Below are positions 1-12,509 of a stretch of 64,000 nucleotides of DNA, in pieces (position 1 is the stretch's first letter; each line of letters begins with the position of its first letter). The translations under genes and the position numbers were made by a program. This DNA is from Carcharhinus longimanus (Eukaryota), in assembly GCA_030264375.1 (NCBI GenBank), contig JASCQW010000032.1:45772490-45836489 (forward strand), given 5' to 3'. Below the pieces are notes generated by a model. It was not told the origin of the DNA, did no database searches, and saw only the letters and a list, made by a program, of their open reading frames with translations.

Positions 1-53
1 GGTTAGTACTGCTACCTCATGGCACCAGGGACCTGGGTTTGATTCCCGGCTTG
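1..53 (+). mobile_element. 5' fragment of tRNA-derived HE1-like SINE
   Basis: GGTTAGTACTGCTACCTCATGGCACCAGGGACCTGGGTTTGATTCCCGGCTTG resembles the head of the SINE copies at 27217-27545 (-) and 51940-52205 (+), including a B-box-like GGTTTGATTCC. Confidence 0.7.
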
Positions 54-3000
54 ACATGAGGCTGCTCTCAATCCATACCAGCATATTGCACTCAATCCCA
101 CCTGCTCTAATTTTGTGGAGTACAAGCTCCCTTATTAAGTGAGGGGAGGCTCACCCAATGGAAAGTGAGCAATGGGAGATTAAAACCTGCTATTCTAATC
201 TGAACCCTTGTTCTAAGTGCCTGAGTACAGACCTGCTTGCTTTAAGCCTTGGGAATGGCTCTTCCTTCATTTCTAATAAAGCATTTCTGGTGATTGGAAA
301 CTGGTCTTGGCTGGATTACTACATTGGCGATGAGCTGTTTCTAAAAATAAATCTGATTTTCTTCTAGGCAACTTACGCAAATTGAGAATCTTCTCCGATA
401 CAGAAAAGCAATTGTGCCACTTTTCAGGAAACTTGAACCCCTAATAAAACCAATGGGGAAGAGTGGGTACAATGTACAGAGCGCATGCATTGCTTCTTCC
501 ACCATATTGCTAATAATGCTGAAGGAGATGATAAACAAAAAATAATATTGTTGACTGTATGTGGGGCCCCGACCTTCAAAGTGTTTGAAAAATTTGACCT
601 ATCCAGATGCCTTGACTCGGACATTTAATAAGCTAGTAGATCTGGTGAAAAACCACTACGACCCAAAGTACTTTGCTATACTCCAGAGGTATTGCTTCAA
701 CATGGTCAGGAAAGCCCCTGGGGAACCTGTCACCCGAGTTCTTGACTAGGTTATGAAACTTAGCAAAACATTGCGAATATGGACTACTTCCGTATGAAAT
801 GTTGTGAGACAGATTGATATGTGGCATAAATAACCTAATTATTTAAAGCAGGCTGTTGGCAGAATGCAATCTGGATTTTAAAAAAGCCACTGAAATAGTT
901 TTATCACTGGAGAATGCTCATAGAGGGGTTCAAGAGCTACTGAGGGCATCAGACAGCAATGCCTTCCAACTACGGGCAGGATCGTCATGTAATCACTCTT
1001 CCATGGAGAGTCCATGTGTAACCAACACTCTCTCCATTGGAGTCCCAAGAACATCACCGGGCAGTCAAGGAAAGGCAGTGACAACCCTGAGTGTTAGAGA
1101 ACATACACCAGAGAGGTGCAGATGCCAGACGATGGATTATTGCAAGCGCTGTTAAACGACACAGCCAAAGCCAAATTTTAGAAACAGTCAAAATGTATGC
1201 TGCCTAGCAAAGAACCAAGGCTAGTACCATGCAGGTATCCCCTCTTCCAGAGACAGGGACATTACAACTGAATCATATCATCACAACAAAAGTTGCCCCA
1301 TAGTGGTGAATTACTGGTCAATAGCCATCCCTTGAAAATGGAGGTGGATAAAGGAGTTGTGATCTCCGTTATTGGAGAACAGACACAAAAGTGCCTCCAA
1401 ACTGTCATCCAACTCCTGAGCCTGGAAGACACAAAGACCAAACTCACCACCTACAAAAATAAAGGGCACCAGAGTGGCCTCAGTGATTTACAGACAGCAA
1501 TCAGCTCACCTCTCAGTCATTGTTGTATGGGGGAAAGGACCAAGAATTAATGGGAGAGATTGGCTCTAGCAAATCCGGCTGAACTAGTAGAGATCATCAA
1601 GCTAGGCATGAGAGGACTGTACAAAGTTATTAGTAGATACCCTGTCGTTTTCCAAGATGGCCTAGGAAAAATAAAAGGGGCCAATGCAAAGAACTACATT
1701 AACCCTGGTGCTACACTTGGGTATTTCAGAACAAGACCAGTTCCATATTCCTGCTGGAGAAGGTAGAAATGGAACTCGGATGCCTTGAAATTTTAGACAT
1801 AATAAAGCCTGTGCAATTTTGTAGAATAGGTTGTGCTGGTAGTCCTCATCCTTAAACCCAACAAATCAGTTTGTCTTCATGGGGACAATAACAGTTGGGT
1901 TTCCAAACTGGATAGGTAGTCCATGCCCCAAATCGAAGACGTTAAGTTAACAGACATTCTCCAAGTTGGGCATGAGCCATGCCTATCTGCAGCTTGAATT
2001 GGATGTGTCCTTCTGGAAATATGTGACAATCAACACACATAAGGGACTATATGAGTATACTCACTTGCTCTTTGAGGTCTTATCAGTGTGTACCATTTTC
2101 CAATTGAGTTGAGGGGGTTGAGCAATGAGGAGAGGCTGAATAAACTAGGCTTGTACTCATTAGAGTTTAGAAGAATGAGGGGAGATCTCATTGAGACGTA
2201 TNNNNNNNNNNNNNNNNNNNNNNNNNNNNNNNNNNNNNNNNNNNNNNNNNNNNNNNNNNNNNNNNNNNNNNNNNNNNNNNNNNNNNNNNNNNNNNNNNNN
2301 NTGATCTTATTGAATGGCGGGGCAGGCTCGAAGGGCTAGATGGCCTACTCCTGCTCCTATTTCTTACATTCTTATGTTATGTTCTTATGTTATGTTCAAT
2401 GGGTCATGGAGAACATTCTTCACGGGTTATCCAAAGTAGCAGTTTACTTATTGACGGCACCAGGTCATTGGGGCTTTAGAACAGGAACATCTGGTAAACT
2501 TAGGAGCCTTCCAAAGATTTTCAAAAGCAGGACTGTGCTTGAAGAGGGAAAATTGTATCTTCCAAGTGCCTGACATAATCTACTTCAGCTGCTAGGTAGA
2601 TGGCAAAGAGCTGCACCTACTAGAGGATAAGGTAAAAGCCATCAAGGAAGCACCAGGTCCAAGGAACACCAGAGTTAAAATATTCCTGGGATTAATAAAT
2701 TATGAAAAATGTATGCAGAATTTGGCTTTTATGCTGGCCTCCTTGCATATCTTACTACTAAAATATCAGATGTCCTGGGCAGCTCAGCAGGCAGAGGCTT
2801 TTGCCAAAGTCAAGTGTTAGCCATTGTCATCTAACTTACTGCCTGATTTTGTTCCAAAGAAAGAGCTCATGCTGACATGTGGCATTTCCCTATATGGGGT
2901 TGGGAAGGTACTTTCACATTGCTGGAAAGACGGGACTGAAAAGCCATTGCGCATGCATCCAGGACCCTTTCACATGCAGAGGGAAGCTATTCTCAGATTG

Positions 3001-3520
3001 AGAAAGAAGGGTTGGTCGTTGTTTTTGATGTGAAAAAGTTTCATTTATACAACTATGGCAGATGTTTTGTAATAGTTATTGAGCACAAACCTTTTTGGGA
3101 CTTTTCAAAGAGTATAAGGTAGTCCCACCTATTGCCTCTGGTGCTGGGTCTTGTTACTTGCAGCATACAAATATCTTCTAGAGCACAACCCTGGAATCCA
3201 TTGAGTCAATGCCAATGCACTGTGTCACTTCCCATTGCCCACATGCCTGGTTTTACCAGCATTAGAAGAGTTTAAGTTACTTGTTGACCCTGCTGGTGTC
3301 CACAAGGCAGATTAAGGCCTGAGCATTGGATGCATTCTTGTCTAAACTAAGACATATGATCCTACACAGTAGAGTCCAAGGACAACCTCTGAAGAAATTA
3401 AACCCTACCTAACTAAGTAAGATGAGCTCAGCGTTGAGAACAGGATCATTCTTTGGGAGTCTTGTTGCTGTTCTGCTCCAGGACGTCATCCAATATTAAT
3501 GGGATCTCATAATGGCCAGA
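52..3520 (+). mobile_element. Decayed Gypsy/Ty3 LTR retrotransposon (5' LTR, PBS, gag, protease, RT, RNase H; 3' truncated)
   Basis: Putative LTR ~52-323 has AATAAA and ends ...ACTACA, followed by PBS-like TGGCGATGAG (degenerate tRNA-Ser type). Gag-like LVKNHYDPK..ILQRYCFN and LLAECNLDFKKATEI; protease-like NSHPLKMEVDKG; RT-like FRTRPVPY and VMENILHGL; RNase H-like ELMLTCGISLYGVGKVLSH. Many stops and frameshifts. Confidence 0.85.
2105..2396 (+). mobile_element. CR1 LINE 3' fragment inserted in the Gypsy RT
   Basis: GLSNEERLNKLGLYSLEFRRMRGDLIETY, CR1 3' UTR and a TTATG-type repeat tail. CAAT is repeated on both sides, and removing the insert restores the Gypsy RT sequence ATTTTCCAATGGGTCATGGAG. 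Contains an N gap. Confidence 0.9.
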
Positions 3521-4919
3521 AATGGAAAATGGCTGGAAAATCTCTAGTAGTTCTGACAGCATCTGAGGAGAGGGAATGGAGCTAATGTTTTAAATCTGTC
3601 AACCAGCTGCAGCCTCTACTACTTTGATACCCAAGGTTCACTAAGAGGAAGTGGCTGCATCTGTTGCTGCCTTGCTACTTGCTGCATGTCTGTGAAGTGC
3701 TCACCAGACCGTATCATCTATTCTACAGATGCAACACAACCCACTGGTATCTGTGCTAGTAGAGATGTACAGAAATGAAAAGTGATGCAGTGGGGCTGCA
3801 TCCTGTGATCTTTCAATCGGCAATACTTTCCATTTATAAAGTAATGTCTCAGGCAAGAGAAGTGATAATGTATAGCTGGCTGCCTCCACTGCTGGCTTTT
3901 CCTGCAATACTTTTGAACATTTGGTGAGGGGGGAGGGGAAGAGGGGAAATGCTGGAGTCGAGGCTCATGCTATTCACTAGTGGGATGGGGCTGGAAAAAT
4001 CCCAAGATTCCTGAGAGAGCAAATCTCCATTCTGTATCATGGATTTCCCTTTCTCTGTAAGAAATTGCAGTTGTGAACAGACCTTTTTGAAGTCCTCTAC
4101 CAGAGAGGAGGTATGACTTTCATAGCTGTTCACTCAGTACCATTTTGTTCAAAAGGGTCTCCTCACACCTGCAGCTTCTAAGAGAGAAAAGGGGAAATCC
4201 CTGATGCAGAATGGAGTGCTACTGTGATTTCAAAGCTTGCCAGGGCATGAAAATTAAAGTGACCAGATCTCTCAAGCTTTCACAGATGACAGACAAGAAT
4301 GTTGAGCAGAGGAGAACTGCCTGAAATCATCATGCAGGAGTGATCATCAGGTCTGCCAGAGAGAGCTAGAAGAGGCAATCTAGCTGACAGTGCTGCGAAC
4401 AATACCTTGTACCCAGCCCGAGCCCATCCAACCCCAGGGAATCTTGGGGAATCCTCACTTTGCAGCCTGGCAGTGGCAGAGGGGAAAATAGCTACTGGTC
4501 CTACCTTCTTGACCCACCCCTTGGGGACCAACATGCTAGCCCATGGTGATCATTACCTCCCCACATCAGGGAAGAGGTGCATGGTGGGCTGCTGAACCGG
4601 TCAACGAGTCCGCCAATTATATTACAATTAGGTTTGCATAGGGCCCGACAGAGTGAATCGGGTGAATTCCAATTGTTTTCATGCCTGGCAGGAATCCCAA
4701 TCTTTAGCCCCACACCCATTCGGCGGAGCGTTGGGATTCCTGCGGGCCATCTGACTGAGCTGGAGAGCATGCCACCCCCGNNNNNNNNNNNNNNNNNNNN
4801 NNNNNNNNNNNNNNNNNNNNNNNNNNNNNNNNNNNNNNNNNNNNNNNNNNNNNNNNNNNNNNNNNNNNNNNNNNNNNNNNGACACCACCGCCCGCGCCCC
4901 CCCCCCCCCAACCCCCGCT

Positions 4920-5090
4920 CCTGGTGGATGCAGATACAAGAGCAATGTTTAAGTAGCGTCTTGACAGATCCATAAATAGAGGGATACAGACTGCATTAAG
5001 GCAAAAGATCTTTAGCTTAGAAAGACGTCACATGTTGGCACAGGCTTGATGGGCCAAAGGAGCTGTTTCTATGCTGTACTGTTCTTTATA
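4920..5090 (+). mobile_element. CR1 LINE 3' end fragment
   Basis: GTGGATGCAGATACA..TTTAAG..CTTGACAG, with a terminal GGGCCAAAGGAGCTGTTTCTATGCTGTACTGTTCT typical of CR1 3' UTRs. Confidence 0.7.
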
Positions 5091-5478
5091 AAACTAGTCT
5101 TAGACCAAAACAACTAACAGCTTATTCAAATTGCCTAATAATACCAAATTTGGTAGATATATTTTTAGTTTGTCAGTAATGATAAGGCTTCCTGGCATTG
5201 TGAATTGTTGTAAAAACACATCTATCCTTCAGGCCCACATGTGACTTCAAATCCACAGCAATGTCCACTGCCCTTTGAATTAATTTCATTTAGGACATTT
5301 CAGGAGAAAGGAGATTGAGAGGTGTTTCAGCATGTTTGTCTGAACTTGATTTGAATCCAAAGATGAAAGAAGTCCTGATTCAGAATATTCATTCAGTTCT
5401 TTTCCAGTTGGACTAATAATACCCATTTTGATATATAGTTCTTAATTTATCTGTAATGTTAAGACCTCTTGGCAATAT

Positions 5479-6266
5479 AGACCATAGAACATTACAGTGC
5501 ACTACAGGCCCTTCGGCCCTCAATGTTGCGCCGACTTGTGAAACCAATTTAAAGCCCATCTAACCGACACTATTCCATATGTTTATCCAATGACCATTTA
5601 AATGCCCTTAATATTGGCAAGTCCACTATTGTTGCAGGCAGGGCATTCCACACCCTTACTACTCTCTGAGTAAAGAACCTACCTCTGACACCTGTCCTAT
5701 ATCTATCACCCCTCAATTTAAAGNNNNNNNNNNNNNNNNNNNNNNNNNNNNNNNNNNNNNNNNNNNNNNNNNNNNNNNNNNNNNNNNNNNNNNNNNNNNN
5801 NNNNNNNNNNNNNNNNNNNNNNNNNCAATTTAAAGCTCTGTCCCCTTGTGCTAGCCATCTCCATCCGAGGAGAAAGGCTCTCACTGTCCACCCTACCTAA
5901 TCCTCTGATCATCTTATATGCCTCTATTAACTCACCTCTTAACCTTCTTCTCTCTAACAAGAACAGCCTCAAGTCCTCAGCCTTTCCTTATAAAACCTTC
6001 CCACCATACCAGGCAACATCCTGGTAAATCTCCTCTGCACTCTTTCCAATTCTTCCACATCCATCCTATAATGCAGCAACCAGAATTGTGTGCAATACTC
6101 CAAGTGTGGCTGCACCAGAGTTTTGTACAGCTGTAACATGACTTCATGGCTCCGAAACTCAATCCCTCTACCAATAAAAGCTAACACACTGTATGCCTTC
6201 TTAACAAGCCTATCAACCTGGGTGCCAACTTTCAGGGATTTATGCACATGGACACCAAGGATCTTC
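5479..6266 (-). mobile_element. CR1 LINE 3' portion (ORF2 C-terminus + 3' UTR)
   Basis: LGVHVHKSLKVGTQVDRLVKKAYSVLAFIGRGIEFRSHEVMLQLYKTLVQPHLEYC; RRLRGELIEAYKMIRG; FFTQRVVRVWNALP. Confidence 0.95.
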
Positions 6267-6951
6267 AGGTAGGTTCCAAGTTGTATTATTAACATTTATT
6301 ATGATGTATGATTTTAATCTTTTAAAGTATTGATGGATAACACACTCCCTTGTAGGATTTTAAAAGTGATAAATTGCAAATTGATACTTTTGGTAAAGTT
6401 GTGGATATTACTTGTGTTTTACCGTGAGTTTTTCTGTTTCACTGAACTACCTCCTCCAAATCTTGATTCCAATTTTCCCTTTATCCCAAAATAGTTCAGC
6501 TTTGACACACAATGAACTGGAGATTCTATATAGATTTACTTGGGCTGCATAACTACCTTTAGCCTATTTTAGTATGAGGAATTGAAGCTTCAATAATGAT
6601 TTTCATCTCATCAGAAAGTTGTGAAATAAGCAGGGTTTAGATATGAATTTTTGTGAGCTAAGTTCTCAACCTGTCAGTGGTTTGCGACGTATTAAGCCAA
6701 CTAGATTAACAGCTGTTTTTTTCTAGATGGTATCCCTCACCTGATCAGAGTTCCTTGCACTTAGGAGCCATTGAAAAACTGCTGTTGCTTTATAGGAAAC
6801 TAGAAATTTTATTATGAGCCTCTTTTGATAACAAAGGGACTTTTTCTGTGGNNNNNNNNNNNNNNNNNNNNNNNNNNNNNNNNNNNNNNNNNNNNNNNNN
6901 NNNNNNNNNNNNNNNNNNNNNNNNNNNNNNNNNNNNNNNNNNNNNNNNNNN

Positions 6952-7032
6952 GGCAACACTCTGAAAGCTCATGCTACCAAATAAATCTGTTGGACTTTAA
7001 CCTGGTGTTGTGAGACTACTTACTGTGCTTAA
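6952..7032 (+). mobile_element. Penelope-like element terminal fragment (family B)
   Basis: CTCTGAAAGCTC..ACCAAATAAATCTGTTGGACTTTAACCTGGTGTTGTGAGACTACTTACTGTGC. The same motif occurs at 15402-15490 and 39815-39932. Family assignment is from recall. Confidence 0.6.
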
Positions 7033-8306
7033 TGGTTGAGACGTTTAACCGTCTCGTGATACCCGGACAAAAGATTATTATATCCCCTCCCTCAATGTGG
7101 AGAGGTGGGAGACATTTGACATGGACTCCTATGTGGAACAATTATATTGCCTTGTTATACTACAAACTCAATCTGCCATTTTGCCATCTAACATAGCACA
7201 GAAAGGGCGTTCTGCCCAGATTGAATACCTAACCCCATCTACACTGTTCCTGCCTGAATTTCTGAATCCTTGCCTACAAGACTGATTTGTCTCTGTATGC
7301 CTGTCTCATCATGTGAAGTCAACATCGCTGGAGAAGTGAATTAAACCACATTAGTTTTTAGCCCAGCAATCTCTGTGAAGGAATACCTCATTGCACTTTA
7401 ATTCTAGACTCTGGACCCATGTGAAATAATATATTTTTTCTCTGTGATCTTTGCACTGTAAATATATTATCTCTATCCCATTACTGTATGAATTCAAGGG
7501 AGGTACTGTTGCAACCCTCTCCCACGGTTTGAGTGTGTACAAATAAATTACCCCTTTGAGCTCATCCAATCTCAAGATTGCTGTGGGGTTAATAGAAATT
7601 GGATCTCACCAAAGCTGAAGGGTTGGGAAATATGCCACAGCTTATAAATCAAAAACACCTTTCTGTTTAGAGATGGGTGGTGAGAGGAGAAATTAGTACT
7701 GTTTAAATTAACCCCACTTCCCTGTCCATAACACAAGACACCTATAAACAAAATGTGACAAATAATTTTACAATTGTTGTTTTTCTTCCAGCAGCTAGTG
7801 GTGCACAAGGCAGACTTTCGTCTATTTTCATAGCTACTTTTTCTTGGAGTACATTGCCACTCCATATCAAGCATGGCTGACTGGAAGTTACTCCCACTCT
7901 TACTAGCTGCCATTGGCATGCGTTGGAAGGATTTTGCAGTTTGGTACTCTGTATTATGAACGCACTTTCCTTGGCCATCTAGTACTGGGGTGGAACTCGA
8001 ACCTGGAACTCCTGGTTCGGAGGCATGGACTATGCCACAAGATCTCCATATTTTTACAAAAATCTGAAATAAATTATTAGATGTTGTATTATGGTTCTAT
8101 AGTTGGATTGCTTACCCTACTAACTGGATTGCTTCCATATGTGTTACATCATTAGAAAATGTTACTTCATAGATGATTTGATTGGAAAAATCAATGACAA
8201 ATTAGGAATCAAGATTCAGAGGATGGTGAGGTGAAGAGAATTCAAACATTTACAAAAGGATATATGCTATTTGTCTTTAATTATTTTGATTCAATTTTGT
8301 TTTCAG

Positions 8307-8411
8307 AACAGCCTGTCTCACCAAATAATGAACTGAAAAAGTTAGTAAACCCAGAGATAAAAAGACAGAATCTGAATCTGAAGAAACAATGCATTGAATC
8401 CAAGAGAAATG
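8307..8411 (+). CDS. ERICH2: ERICH2-like gene, internal repeat exon 1 (105 bp, phase 1-1)
   Basis: TTTTGTTTTCAG acceptor and G|GTAATT donor. Open frame (E)QPVSPNNELKKLVNPEIKRQNLNLKKQCIESKRN. Paralogous to the next two exons and phase-compatible with exon 22244. Assignment to ERICH2 is inferred from strand, phase and position. Confidence 0.7.
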
Positions 8412-8519
8412 GTAATTATATATTAGGAGTGGATTACTTCACTCAGTATTTTTTTTGTTATTTGCTTATTTTTATTTTAACCATATCCCTTCTACACTGA
8501 TTACCAATGTTTTGTTTAA

Positions 8520-9990
8520 TGCAATAACAACAACTGTATTAAAATAGCATTGTTAATGTTGTAAACTGTCCTAAAGCACTTCAAGAAGTACTATCTAACA
8601 TCGATTCACATAAGGAGGTATTAGGATAGAGGGGGGAAATCTGGTCAAAAATGAAGGTTTTATCTTTAAAGGAGTGAAAATGGCATTGAAATAGAGAGGC
8701 TTAGTGATGAAATTTCAGAGTTGAAGGATCGGGCAGGTGAACAAACAGTGAAGTTTTCAAAACAGGAAATGTACAAGGGGGCAGTATTGGAGGAGTACAG
8801 AGATCATAGATGGGTTGTGCTATTATTCCAAAGATGAGGAGGGTTGAGGCCATGGAGGTATTGGAAAACCAGATTAAGAATTTAAAAATTGTCCATGAAC
8901 ACAAATGTTATGAGACAACAGAATTTGGCACAATTAGGATATGGCAGCAGAGCTTTGGATGAGTTCAAGTTTATGCAGTGTGGATGCCGAGCAAGGCTTG
9001 CCAGAGAACATTGGAATAGTCTAGCCCAGATGTAAAAAAAAAAAGGCCTGGATGAGAATTTCATCAGATGAACTGAGATCGACGGAGTTGGCTGATGCTA
9101 CAATAATAGAATTGGCGATGGAGTGGATCTGAGGTGAGAAGTTCACATTGATGTCAAATAGGATGATAAGATTGCAAACAGTCTCATTCAATCCTAGAAA
9201 GTGACCAGGATAAGGGATGGAGGCAGTGTTTAGAAAACTGAGTTTATGACCAGGATTAAAGACTGTGACCTCAGTTTTCTAAATACTTGGTTAGAGAAAA
9301 TTCTCTTGTGAACAAGCATTTTTGAGTCAGTAGAGGGATCATGGGATGTGGTGGTGAAGTAGATGTTGGTAACAACGTGTTTTTGTATGATGTCACCAAG
9401 TCCAAGTAAGTAGATGAGAAATAGGAGGGGGCCAAGGATAGATGCTTGGAGAATTTCAGAGAGCAGGAGCAGGAATGCCCATTGCTTGTGATTCCTTGGC
9501 TATGAGTGGGTAGGTAAGAGTGGATCTAGGTGAGGGCATTCCCATCAGCTGTATGGCAAAAGGAGAAGGGTGTTAGAGAAGGATTGTGTGTTCTTTCATC
9601 TCAATGGTTGGAGATGGGTGCTGAAGGATGAGGACGGATTGATTACCATGGTACCGTCACTTAACATGTCTTCTATGGCTTTGCCAAGAGTGGTTTGTGC
9701 TATGACAAGGATGGATATCTGATTGTAGGAGGACAAACATAAAGTTGTGGGAAAGTTTGACAGAGATTTGAAAGAGAACAACAAATTCCAGGGCTTTGGA
9801 GAGGAAAGTGAGTTTGGAAGTGAGGGATTGATTTGCAAGAGTAGAGCGATAAAGGCTGACGTCAGTTTTGACATCATCCTTTATCCCTCTGTTCTTGCAA
9901 ACTACTCCCTCACCTATAATCTCACAGCATCTGAGCAGAGGGAATTATTAACTACATCAATTAACTTGGGGAAGGAAAGATAAGTAGACA
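8520..9990 (-). mobile_element. Old L2-like LINE relic (copy 1)
   Basis: Decayed RT-like fragments (LLLQINPSLPNSLSSPKPW..) and a 3' end pointing toward the exon. Homologous to 12510-14150. Confidence 0.6.
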
Positions 9991-11254
9991 GCAGTTCGCT
10001 GAGAATAGATTCAAAGGTACCTAAAGTGTGCTTCACTGATGCAATTCAGTTATCATTCTTGGAATAAAGAAGCTGTACAATTAAAATATTCACATATTGC
10101 CTAAAGAATGAATTGAAACTTTAAAAACATGTTTCACTAGGGCATTTTGGGAGAGAGGAATTAGGAGGTGTTTCAATGCATGTATCTGGATTTGATTTGA
10201 ATCTAGAGGTGAAAGAACAGTAACCAACAGTTCCTCAGAATGTATTTTATCAATTTATTTTTCAAGTTGCCTAATAACAAGTTTTGGTAGATATTTTCTT
10301 CATTTGTCAGTAATGATAAGGCTTCCTGGCAATATGAATCAGGTTTGCAGCTTCCAAGTTATATTGCCAACATTTATTATGATGTATGATTTTAATCTTC
10401 CAGGGTATTGATGGGTAACGCATTCCCTTGTAGGATTTTAAAAGTAATAAATTTCAAATTGACACTTGCATGAAAGTTGTGGATATTACTCATGTCTTTT
10501 ACTGTGTGAGTTTTTCTGTTNNNNNNNNNNTGTTTCACTGAACCACCTTCCCTAAATCTTGATTCCTAATTTGCCAATCACTCCAAAATAGTTCCATTAT
10601 GATCAGAACTAACCATAGATTTGGGCTTTTGCATAACTACCTTTAGCCTACTTTAGTTTGAGGAATTGAAAGTTCAGCAGTGATGTTTATCTCAGCAGAA
10701 AGTTGAGAAATAATCAGGGTTTGGACATCTATATTTATAAATCACTGTTTGAGTTTTAAATTTTTTCTAATGTTTTAGGGCAATTGGACAGACAGCTACT
10801 TTTTTCAGATGGTATCTGTCACTTGGTCAGAATTGTTTCCTGTTACACTTGAGAACCATTGAAGGACTGTTGTTGCTTTACGAGAAGCAGAATTTATTCC
10901 AACCCTTTTTATACAACAAAGGGATCAGGAGGACTTCACTGTGGCTTATAGATAAGCAAATTCCTTGATGGAAAACTTCATGAGTGTTAGAGTCTGAAAA
11001 GCTTTTTTTGCAAAAGATTGCAACAAAATGTTTTCATATTAAAATTGACACTAGACATTAAGGCCAGAATTCTCCCATCCCGCCCACCACTGGAATTTTA
11101 GCAGGCGGGATGTGGACAATGTGAAACCGCATTGACAGTCGGGCGGGAATTTCCAGCTTTTAGACCAGTGCAGCCAGTGAGTTCCACCCCAACTGTTCTC
11201 ATTCAAGGAAACAATTTCATTGACAACATTTGCATGTTTAAAATAAGCATAATA

Positions 11255-11670
11255 CTGCAGATGCTGGAATCTGAAACAAGAACAGAAAATACTGGAAAAA
11301 CTCAGCAAGTCTGGTGGCATCTGAAAGGAGAGAAAGCAGAGTTAATGTTTCAAGTCCTTCTGGCCCTATGTAAGAACTGAAGGGTGGAAGATTGTGTTAG
11401 ATATTAAAGTGTAGCTGTGAAAGATGGCCACAAAAAGGAACAAAAGACAGATGGCCTGGTGTGTGGGTGGGTGGAGCTTTGCATTGATGCAATTCATGTT
11501 TGGGATATTTTTAAAAAGGGGTTTACATTGGAGGAGAAAGGTCACAATCTAAAGCTGCTGATTTTAATATTAAGCCCCAAGGGTTGCAACGTACCCAACC
11601 GGAAGATGAGATGCTGCTCCTCAACTTATACAGGCCTCCACGGGAGCATTGCAGCAGGCCAAAGACAGGC
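11255..11670 (-). mobile_element. Penelope-like element 3' fragment (family A)
   Basis: ACTGCAGATGCTGGAATCTGAAAC..AAATACTGGAAAAACTCAGCAAGTCTGGTGGCATCTG terminus, with a GIY-YIG C-terminal remnant like 24030-24110. Confidence 0.7.
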
Positions 11671-12287
11671 ATTTACATGTTTATGTTTCTTTAACTGGTG
11701 CAGCACTTTGTGGAGCTGAAGTATGTCTGGACTTTCTGCATCTCCAGGATTATTATCCATTGTAAAAAAAAATCCTATCCTTCGATGAGTTGGGTCTTGA
11801 AATCGTTAACAATTTCCAAAGGCACAATGCACCCTTATTACTACTTTAAAATATTAGTCCATATTTTGATTATTAGAGGAATAATGATGAGCAAATCAAT
11901 AAAATGCAGAACAAACCTCCTCATTTTTATGATTCATTTACTCTGTAGTCTAAAAGATTGTGCTTGAGCAGTCATCAAACAATGGTACTTTCAGGACACG
12001 TATAAACAAAGACATTTACAAGTGACACCAATACTTTTACAAATAAAATGTTAAAGTTTTTGCATTATAATTCTGCAGTTAAATTATTTACCATATTAAT
12101 TGGATTACTTCCACTTGTATTATAAGAACATGGTGCTTCATATGCAACTTATTTAGAAAAGTCAACAGCAAATTAGGAATCATGATTCAGAAGATGGTGA
12201 GATGAAAAAAGTAAGACACCCATATATGGATAAATACAGCAACGTGATATTTGATTTTAATTAACTTACCTTCCATTTTACTTTCAG

Positions 12288-12407
12288 AACAGCTTACGCC
12301 TCCAAACAGTGAACTGAAGAAGTTAGTAAACCCAGAGCCAAACAGGTCTTTTGAGAAACAACAGAACTTGAATCTTAAGAAACAACATATTGAATCCAAG
12401 ATGAATG
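12288..12407 (+). CDS. ERICH2: ERICH2-like gene, internal repeat exon 2 (120 bp, phase 1-1)
   Basis: TTTTACTTTCAG acceptor and G|GTAATT donor. (E)QLTPPNSELKKLVNPEPNRSFEKQQNLNLKKQHIESKMN, no stops. Confidence 0.75.
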
Positions 12408-12509
12408 GTAATTATATATATATTAGGAATGGATTATTTCACACAGTATTTTTTGTCATTTACATATGCCTTTTTAACCATTATCTTGCTGCACTGATTA
12501 ATAGTGTTC

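Noticed and set aside
4501-4975. Long GC-rich overlapping ORFs
   Set aside because: Their length is inflated by a 100-N gap inside a GC-rich repeat.
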